From Octopus vulgaris (lineage: Eukaryota): a stretch of DNA of 64,000 nucleotides. Of this stretch, positions 55,624 through 64,000 are shown piece by piece (position 1 is the first letter of the stretch; every line of letters begins with the position of its first letter). Made by a program: the position numbers and the translations under genes. The notes under the pieces were generated by a model. The model was not told the DNA's origin. It was given only the letters and a program-made list of their open reading frames with translations, and searched no databases. The DNA lies in NCBI GenBank assembly GCA_951406725.2, contig OX597818.1:133424001-133488000 (forward strand), read 5' to 3'.

Positions 55624-55749
55624 ATGTGTGCTTTACAATTTACAGTTAACTTTAGAACATTTCAAGAATTTTAATTCAAAGGAACTGTTTCAGTTAGTTG
55701 AAGGACAATATATTTGATGTATTATTGTGTGGAAACACATAGTCTGAAT

Positions 55750-56134
55750 GGAAGCACTCCGTCGGTTACGACGACGAGGGTTCCGGTTGATCCGAATCAA
55801 TGGAACAGCCTGCTCGTGAAATTAACGTATAAGTGGCTGAGCACTCCACAGACACGTGTACCCTTAACGTAGTTCTCGGGGATATTCAGCATGACACAGA
55901 GAGTGACAAGGCCGGCCCTTTGAAATACAGGTACAACAGAAACAGGAAGTAAGAGTGAGAGAAAGTTGTGGTGAAAGAGTACAGCAGGGGTCACCACCAT
56001 CCCCTGCCGGAGCCTCGTGGAGCTTTTAGGTGTTTTCGCTCAATAAACACTCAAAACGCCCGGTCTGGGAATCGAAACCGCGATCCTACGACTGCGAGTC
56101 CGCTGCCCTAACCACTGGGCCATTGCACCTCCAC
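55750..56134 (-). mobile_element. tRNA-derived SINE (family A), full length
   Basis: Reverse complement of 57721-58106; perfect 41-bp TSD at 55709-55749 and 56135-56175. Confidence 0.92.
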
Positions 56135-56431
56135 TATATTTGATGTATTATTGTGTGGAAACACATAGTCTGAATATGTGAATACTGAAAAGTAAGTATG
56201 GCAAACAAACACAAGACTTTTACTGTATTGATACCCAATAGCTAGTGTTACTTAAGTTAACAGGAAACAAAATGGTTAAGAGATTTTATAATTAAAACTT
56301 CACAGGATTGCATATTCACAGATTATGTAGTTAAATAATCTTTCCATATTTACTATGAATGTAAAATCTACACTGCATCTGGCATTCTAATGCCAAACAA
56401 AATGCCAAATGATAATAATAATAATAATACA

Positions 56432-56684
56432 CCATCCTTAAACAACCCTTATTAGGGACCTTTTGAGTGGGATGGGTTACTTGACCAGAAGGAAATTCTA
56501 ACTGGGCCCCACCTGCAAGGTCATGTGCTGTTTATCTTGATATGAGATCACCATGTCCGCGCACATATGGTTGTGATGCATGTGCCTAGTGTACCCATAT
56601 CAGACTGGTAGTCATGATGGGTATACTGGGTTTCGTATATTTTACCCCAGTGTCACTTTGATGGCATGCACTGCTCTCTCACTC

Positions 56685-56730
<46 letters not shown>

Positions 56731-57284
56731 GCCCTGATGCAGTATCAAACAGTGGCTCTCATGGCTTCTGATCTTAACTGATTGGAAGTTTTGTCATGTA
56801 CAATTTTTTGTGTTGGTATAAAAGATGGGCTACAGCAAATATTCTGCTCAATACCACAGATTTGCTTGTCAGTTGTTTGACCTTAACCAGTTGGCCATGT
56901 CCCTTAGTGGCTGACGATATGTGCATCTCTGATCATGATCAGAAGTAGTTGGGGAGCATCATAGCCGTGTATTGAAAGGAATTCTTAGAAGTTTGGATAA
57001 TTCACCTTTGGAAACATGGGTGGTTTGTTCAACATCCTTAAACAATCCTTATCCAGGGACCTTTTGAGCAGGATGGGCTACTTGACCAGAAGAAAATTCT
57101 AACTGGGCCCCACCTGAAAGGTCATACACTATTTATCTTGATATGAGATCACCATGTTGCACACATATGGTTGTGATGCATGTGCCTGGTGTGCCTTTAT
57201 CAGACGGGTAGTCATGATGGGTATATTGGGCTTCGTATATTTTACCCCAGTGTCATTTTGATGGCATGCACTGCTCTCTCACTC

Positions 57285-57330
<46 letters not shown>
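56432..57330 (+). mobile_element. Two tandem copies of an (AAT)n-tailed retroposon (SINE-like; Nin/Deu-like central block in copy 2)
   Basis: 56432-56728 matches 57033-57328, and each ends in ctctctcactc(AAT)n. Copy 2 extends 5' to 56729 and includes cccttagtggctgacgatatgtgcatctctgatc. Confidence 0.75.
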
Positions 57331-57335
<5 letters not shown>

Positions 57336-57459
57336 AAATAAATAGACGGAAAGAAAAGATAGAGTATACTATACTATCTAAAGGAAAATCATAGTAAATG
57401 ACAAGAAAAAATGAGAACAAAGATGAAGGGAGTGTGGTGGTGGGGTTGTTGGGGTTGTT

Positions 57460-57720
57460 TGGTGGCAGAGGTGGCCATAGGAATCACAATGATGGCAGTA
57501 TATAGCAGCCACAGCCACAGCAGAAGCAAGAGTGGCAGAAGCAGCAGCAAAAGTGGCAAGGGTGGCAGAAGCAGCAGCCGAGGTGAAAGCAGCGGCAGCA
57601 GCAGTAGCAGTGGAAGCAGCAACAACAGTGGCAGCAGCAGCAGTGGCAGCAGTGGCAGTGGTGGTAGCAACAATAGCAGTGGCACAGGCAGCAGTGATGG
57701 CAGCAATACTAGTAATGTCA
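57460..57720. repeat. Degenerate (GCA/GTG) trinucleotide low-complexity tract
   Basis: Resumes after the SINE at 58125-58197. Confidence 0.85.
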
Positions 57721-58111
57721 GTGGAGGCGCAATGGCCCAGTGGTTAGGGCAGCGGACTCGCAGTCATAGGATCGCGGTTTCGATTCCCAGACCGGGCGTT
57801 GTGAGTGTTTATTGAGCGAAAACACCTAAAAAGCTCCACAAGGCTCTGGCAGGGGATGGTGGTGATCCCTGCTGTACTCTTTCACCACAACTTTCTCTCA
57901 CTCTTACTTCCTGTTTCTGTTGTACCTGTATTTCAAAGGGCCGGCCTTGTCACTCTCTGTGTCACGCTGAATATCCCCGAGAACTACGTTAAGGGTACAC
58001 GTGTCTGTGGAGTGCTCAGCCACTTACACGTTAATTTCACGAGCAGGCTGTTCCGTTGATCGGATCAACCGGAACCCTCGTCGTCGTAACCGACGGAGTG
58101 CTTCCAAAAAA
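57721..58111 (+). mobile_element. tRNA-derived SINE (family A), full length
   Basis: A box tggcccagtgg, B box ggtttcgattcc, short A tail, TSD actagtaatgtca (57708-57720 and 58112-58124). Confidence 0.92.
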
Positions 58112-58264
58112 ACTAGTAATGTCAGTGGCAGCAAAGGTGGTGGTGCTGGTGGTGCTGGGGGACCTACATCTGCTGCTGCTGCTGCTGCTGGTGCTAGCGT
58201 GCACATTATGATTTATCTACAATAACTAAAGAAAAAGGGCATAAAACTTTTCTGCAATGCACAC

Positions 58265-58374
58265 CTTTTTCAAGTTTTCTTTTTCTTTTTCGAGTTCTTC
58301 TTTTCTGACCAAAGAGCTTGGACTCGTGACTTTCCCAGTCTGTTTTTCAGTTTCCTTTTGTACTTGGTTTATAT
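58265..58374 (-). CDS. Internal exon of a kinesin-2 (KIF17/OSM-3-like) gene, start of stalk coiled coil
   Basis: Minus strand reads ttccag|AT ATA AAC...TTG AAA AAG|gtgtgc: 110 bp, phase 1 to 0, encoding INQVQKETEKQTGKVTSPSSLVRKEELEKEKENLKK. It joins in frame to the exon at 51153. Confidence 0.72.
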
Positions 58375-58794
58375 CTGGAATATCAAAATAGAAAGTACAC
58401 TAGCAACAATAAAATAATAACTTTCATATTTTGTGATACCATATCCAAAATCTGATATAATACACTGTCAAAACACATAGTAATCATTGTGCCGTGTGGA
58501 GACCAGCATGCCAAAGAATAGACTCAATATTTCCTCTGCATGTTGTAAAAGGCAATTAATAGCAGTTGAGATAGGATTTGTACTCTGACCTCATAAAACC
58601 CCCACCAGCAACGACTACCCAAACAGACCAATGGGTTGGAAGGTTGTCATCTGAGTGTTACAATGGTGCCATCTAACAGGAATGGGGAATCATAATAAAA
58701 TGTGAATGCAGTGACTAAGTATGCCTTGTAAGCTGAATGAGAATAGTTTGATTTAGAATTGGGAGAAGGTTAAGTAGAAATGCTATCTTTCTAG

Positions 58795-59038
58795 GATCTT
58801 TTCCTTTTGATGGACGGAATTTCTAGTTAACTAAACAATTTGAAACTTCGTATACTGGTAGAATGCTGGCATTTCATTGGTTAAAATTCAAAGAATTAAA
58901 CTACGTTAAACTTAAAAATTACAATTTTCTCAAAAAAGCCAAGTGAAAATAATGTTTTCTTTTGACACATTCTACCAGTATATGAAGTTTCAAATTGTTT
59001 AGTTAACTAGAAATTCTGTCCATCAAAAGGAAAAGATC
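58795..59038. mobile_element. MITE with about 70-bp terminal inverted repeats
   Basis: gatcttttccttttgatggac.gaatttctagttaactaaacaatttgaaacttc.tatactggtagaatg is mirrored at about 58968-59038. Confidence 0.85.
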
Positions 59039-59407
59039 ACTAATGTACATTACCCACAATCATTGAGAAATAATACTTGTATTAGTTAATATATCAATTT
59101 CAAATTTTGGCACAAGGCCAGAAATATTGGGAGAGGGATAAGTTGATTACATCGGCTCCAGTACACAACTGGTACTTATTTTTATTGACCCCCAAAAGAA
59201 TGAAATGCAAAGTCAACCTCAGCAGAATTTTTACTCAGAACATGAAAATGAACGAAATGCCACTAAGCATTTTGCCTGGTATGCTAATGATTCTGCCTGC
59301 TCGCCACCTCATGTATTAGTATATTCAATAAATAAACAGAACCAAGAGAATTAGGCCAAAGAAAGATGACTAAGAATCAGTGAACTGAATAAAATACAAT
59401 ATAGACA

Positions 59408-59787
59408 AGTTTCCCTGGGCATGGATTCACTGAAGCTCCGGCGTCTGGCGACGGACTTGGTAAACACCCACAAAGTTATCAACCACCTCACCAACAACAA
59501 CACTGAACACCTTTTTGATCTCCATGTGTCTAACACACGTGGACATGCCTACAAAGTCAGAAAACAACACAGCTCCCATGACTTTCGGAAACATTTTTTC
59601 ATGCTCTGAGTTGCTGAAGCATGGAATAAACTGCCTGTGTCAGTTGTTGACTGCCATGACACTGCATCCTTTAAGGCCCTCATGCTTTCTGAAATCCGCC
59701 GAAACTACACCTGATTATATATACACTTTAGATGAGTTGTAGTGCATCTGAGCACTGTACACAATTATTATTATTATTATTATTATT
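59408..59787 (+). mobile_element. CR1/L2-type LINE 3' fragment with (ATT)n tail
   Basis: SLKLRRLATDL...NTRGHAYK...RKHFF..VAEAWNKLP motif and an (ATT)n tail. Confidence 0.85.
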
Positions 59788-60878
59788 AAAAAGAAAAAGT
59801 TAAGAAGGAATATTATAGATGCATTAAACTAAAATTTTAAATTTAAATAAGTTCTAAAACTACCCACTTTCTTCACCCTCACCCCATTCTGTTACTTTTT
59901 ATAACACTCAATCTGTTACTCAACCTCTTGGTCACCTTGCCTGGAGAGAATGGGCACACTGTAGTGTAGTAAAGAATCTTATGTCTAATGGGGGCACAAT
60001 GCAACGTCAGAAGTACTGGTGTACAATAAAATGCACCCAGTTCAATCTGTAAAATGAGTAAAAATAACATGTGACCAAGAGCAACTTTTAGTATTGCCAA
60101 GGACATTAATCTCCCTAGTGCTGGTGCCATAATAAAATGTACTCAGTACATTTTATGTTGTGGCTAAGTTAGAAAGAGCATCCAGAAACCAAGCCAAAAC
60201 AAAACATATGAAGGAGATGTTAATTTAATCCCTCTATGAAGTTACTAACTTAAATCTGAAATCAGATCATGACCACCCATCCAACCAATACCAGCATGGA
60301 AAGCAGACAAAATGAAAAGGAGGGAGGTAATTTCTATTAGCATAATTGGAATTTGTAAGTTAGCATGTCTAGAAAGGAAAACCAGGAAAATAATGACAAT
60401 TTTTAGAGTGTTCCAACCAAACACTAACACAGGAATTAATAATTACTATGAAAGCAAAGAGGTAGGAGTGTTCTACCACTAGAAGACTATCATAAATAAC
60501 CACTCAAGATTCCAAAATTACCAGACAAAGAACAACTGAAAATTAGCGACCTAACATGTACAAAACAAAGGATATTTTGTTGTCAAGAAAGCCAACAATA
60601 AGTATCAGAATATACAAAATGAAAAACTAATCTAAAAATTAGACTACAAAACATCATACAGTGAGAAGAGTAAAAATACCTCATGATCAATACTTAACTT
60701 TTGAGTAAAGTGGATGTGGATGTAAATGAAAAAGCATTCCTGGCTAGCTGGAAAACCTAGGACTCACAGCATAAAAGGAAGATGCTTTAATCTTGAACAA
60801 TTGCAGCATGGAAGGTGTTTGTAAGCCATTTAAGAAATACACAAAAGCCGTTCGATTCACTTCAACATTTAAGTTTAA

Positions 60879-60928
60879 TTTGTCAAAATATTTTCGTCGC
60901 TAAAATCTGCGACCTGTTCACTGACAAA
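60879..60928 (-). ncRNA. Minimal type-I hammerhead ribozyme fold, G3-C8 core variant (inverted copy)
   Basis: Minus strand: tttgtca GTGAACA g gtcgc agatttta gcgac GAAA atattt tgacaaa. Confidence 0.65.
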
Positions 60929-60947
60929 AATCCGTGCTGCATCTCTT

Positions 60948-60998
60948 TTTGTCAGTGAACAGGTCGCGGTCTTAAAGTGACGAAAATATTTTGACAAA
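60948..60998 (+). ncRNA. Minimal type-I hammerhead ribozyme fold, G3-C8 core variant
   Basis: Stem I tttgtca/tgacaaa; core GUGAACA; stem II gtcgc/gtgac; GAAA; palindromic stem III aatatt; predicted site UUU. Confidence 0.65.
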
Positions 60999-62192
60999 TT
61001 AAACTTAAATGTTGAAGTGAATAGAACGGCTTTTGTGTGTTTCTTAAATGGCTTACAAACACCTTCCACGCTGCAATTGTTTTCGTTCCAGCACACGATC
61101 TGAGATCAGATCACTTGCTATGCAAGTACATCTCCGTAAAACTTTAATCTTGATCCGAGAGTAAAGATGAATGACCAGAAACTTTCAAAACAAAAATGAA
61201 GTATAAAATGTAACTGTAGGATGTGGGGAAATACTCAGTGATATTATCTGTGCGTAGTTAGAATATATAAACAGATATAACTAAGTTCAAGGTTCCATTG
61301 CAGAAAATTATTATAGATTAATGAAACACTTACAGAAAACAAGTGGTACAGACACTCTTGGAAAAGCATTTCACATTGGTTAAATAACCTTTCTCAATGA
61401 TTATCAAAGACCATCAAACAAAATTGATATCTTAGTATTTATGTATGAATTCTAACAGATGACAATATCTCTCCAAGAGAAAAGAAAAATACAATCTTAA
61501 TACAAAGAACTTAAAAACATATTTGAAAATACAATTCATATAAAATCTCAAAAGATACCTTTAGAATGATAAAAAGTGATACAGTAAATATATAACAAAA
61601 TCCCAAAACTTAGACATAAATAACATACAGAAAAGTGTATACCAAGGCAAAACCTACATGGCGTACTAGGAACACAATAAAAACAGATATAACAATGCAT
61701 ATGCCAAGACACAGAGATGCAGAAATAGTTATGTTATTAATAACTATTTACAGAACAATTTGAAATACAAATAAACAACAATGCACTTAGTTTGAGAAGA
61801 GATGATAAGAAGAAACCAGAATTTGAAAAGATATTTAACAAAAGTTTACACAAAGATATTTATTTTTAAGATACTAAAGAAGAGAAATTAGCATTTATAA
61901 TTGATACAAAACTTAATAATGGTGACTATACTTCATGAAAGCAACAGGTATGGAGTTTTTATTCATTATGAATTATTATTTTCAATATATTTCCAATTGA
62001 ATTAAATATTTTCATAATCAAATTGTTTGAGAAGAACAATTTTTTAAACAAACATGGTAAGCTGTTAGCATTCCAGACTTTTACATAAAAGAAAGATATT
62101 GAAGTCAACAAATACTAAATTCAACAATAATGGTCAATATAAACTCATTGTTATCTCAATCTGTCTATAGCCTGAGGATTTCGTTGACATTT

Positions 62193-62253
<61 letters not shown>

Positions 62254-62716
62254 ACTAGATATGTGAGAAATTTCAGAGAAATTTTGAGACATATGTTAAG
62301 TTTATTTGTGAGATATTTTAATATTGCATATGTTTAACAAATGTAGGTAAATGTTATACAGTAATTAAGCATTATCTGATGTAGAACTCAATAGCAAATA
62401 TAGAGTCAAATTAAAGTATTGCATATCATGAAAGATACTTGCTTATAAATTTCACTTTCTCAGGTTTATATTACACACATGTACACATACACATGAAAAT
62501 ACAATATGTGTGTGTAAATATATATATATATATATAGTGTATGTGTGTGTGTGTGTGTGTATGTATATATGTATATATATATATGACATATCTGAGTCAT
62601 ATATCATACCTGGAGATTACGTTATAAATTAATATTTTTATAACACTGTCTCAGGTATGATATGTGACGCAAAAGTGTTTTGAAAGTTTCAGTCATAAAA
62701 AACCCCAGTAAATATG

Positions 62717-62759
<43 letters not shown>

Positions 62760-62762
<3 letters not shown>

Positions 62763-63782
62763 GCTGCAATGAATATATTGTCATCTAAATTACACAAAAA
62801 TGAAAATAACACTGACATCTCATTTTAACAAATATATTTACCTAAATTACATAAAAATATCTTGAAATGCTAAAGAATAAATTTGTTCAATACAATCGTC
62901 ATTGGCTTTAACCACGGCCTCCTGATGTTTTCTGAATCTCCTGCAATTCTTCTGGAGGGTTTCCTTGCTTAAGTTGGTGAATATTGCAATAATCGTTGCC
63001 TTCAGTTCATCTTTGGTGTTACAAGGAATTTTGTAGGTCTCTCACTCAACTGCACCCCTCACATAATAATCATGGGGGTTGTTGTCTGGGGAGTTAGATG
63101 GCCTGGTGTTAGGGGTGATGTGGTTGCAGAAACTGTCTGACAGCCATAACTGGGTTCTCCTGCTTGTGTGGCATAGTGCAGAGTCCTGTTGCTAGGCATA
63201 GGGTCTTCCAGCAGCCACCCTCTTGACCCAGAGCAGTACTATCTCCTCCCGGCACATGATGTAGGCCTCTGTGTTGAGTCTGAGGCCATGTGTGAAGATA
63301 AATGGAGGCATAACATCGCCATCACTAGTGATCACTCCAAACACCATGTTGTTGACAAGATGTTTGACTTTTTTCACTCTTGGTACATATTTTGAGGACA
63401 CAACAAGCCAATGGTTGTTCTTTATTTTCACCATCTGATCCTGAGAGAAATTTTTCTTGTATGAAAAAGAACCAAAGCATGTTTAGTTGGAGGAGATGCT
63501 TGAGTTAGTTCAAAAGCTTCGTAGCATGGTCTTTCCTCTTGTCCTTGATGGCTTGGGATAAAAATTAGCCCTTTTTCATCTTGCATGAGGAATACCAAAT
63601 GTCTTCATGCACTACCTGCCTGATAAGAAACACAGACATTCCCATGTCCCTGGTGATGGACCTGATTGAGTTGGAGGGATCGTTGTCAATAATGGCCTGG
63701 ATCTAACCAACAAATTCAGGAGTTCTTTTCTTATCAGAATGATCAGAGGGCATTTTCCGAGCTGCTGTACCTTCGTAATCAT
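62760..63782 (-). mobile_element. Decayed Tc1/mariner-superfamily transposon (maT/DD37D-like)
   Basis: MVFGVITSDGDVMPPFIF...YA*QQDSALCHTS...PSNSPDNNPHDYY; terminus TA-CAGG next to (TA)n. Confidence 0.82.
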
Positions 63783-64000
63783 CAGATGTATCAGGTTGTT
63801 GGATCAGGTAAGTGAAAGTCACGAAGAGGGTCATAGCCTAACTAATTAGGGAGAGAGATTGTTTAGACGAGATGCAGTTTGGGTTTGGGTTTGTGCCAGG
63901 GAAAAGTACCACCGATGCTATATTTCTGGTAAATCAGCTGCAGGAGAAATACTTAGCCAAAGATAAACCTCTGTACCTGGCTTTCACTGACATGGAGAAA
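63783..64000 (+). mobile_element. RTE-clade LINE RT fragment (same family as 41401-42155), runs off the window
   Basis: Close nucleotide match to about 41458-41661 (tcaggttgttggatcaggta...cagctgcaggagaaatac...ttcactgac). Confidence 0.88.

Larger units (their letters stand above)
60797..61141. mobile_element. Palindromic insertion (probable Penelope inverted pseudo-LTR) with 12-bp TSD
   Basis: About 133-bp inverted arms (60797-60930 and 60946-61081) plus a 60-bp tail. The direct repeat ctttaatcttga flanks it at 60785-60796 and 61142-61153. Confidence 0.75.

Noticed and set aside
57721-57795. tRNA gene
   Set aside because: A and B boxes are present, but it continues into a SINE body with a TSD and forms no proper acceptor stem. 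The same applies to the other SINE heads.
57389-57815. Ser/Gly-, Ala- or Leu/Pro-rich ORFs
   Set aside because: Degenerate trinucleotide tract, open in several frames and split by a SINE.
60440-62140. A-rich strand-biased stretch, possibly an ancient L1/Tx1-like ORF1
   Set aside because: Too decayed; no continuous frame or unambiguous motif.

Overview
AT-rich, microsatellite- and transposon-dense animal genomic DNA. The repeat repertoire (tRNA-derived SINEs, RTE/CR1/Penelope retroelements, TTAA-MITEs, Helitrons) suggests an octopus-like coleoid cephalopod; this is inference, not checked. The only host coding sequence I can support is two minus-strand exons (58265-58374 and 50997-51153) that splice in frame into a coiled coil resembling the kinesin-2 KIF17/OSM-3 stalk. 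The rest is probably intron. Almost all ORFs in the supplied track are microsatellite or repeat artefacts. Mobile elements include a 5'-truncated CR1-group LINE with one premature stop, decayed Tc1, mariner and maT-like transposons, RTE and Penelope fragments, and several SINE families. The most interesting signals are: (1) minimal type-I hammerhead-ribozyme folds in Penelope-like repeats, including a back-to-back pair with the compensatory G3-C8 core swap, an A6U variant, and a Pol III-promoter + hammerhead cassette; (2) a local copy of intronic DNA inserted with a 30-bp target-site duplication; (3) a covarying 3' stem-loop shared by the LINE and a SINE family; (4) isolated 50-73-nt hairpins and inverted SINE pairs that could form dsRNA in the kinesin pre-mRNA. 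Coordinates were counted by hand and may be off by a few bases.
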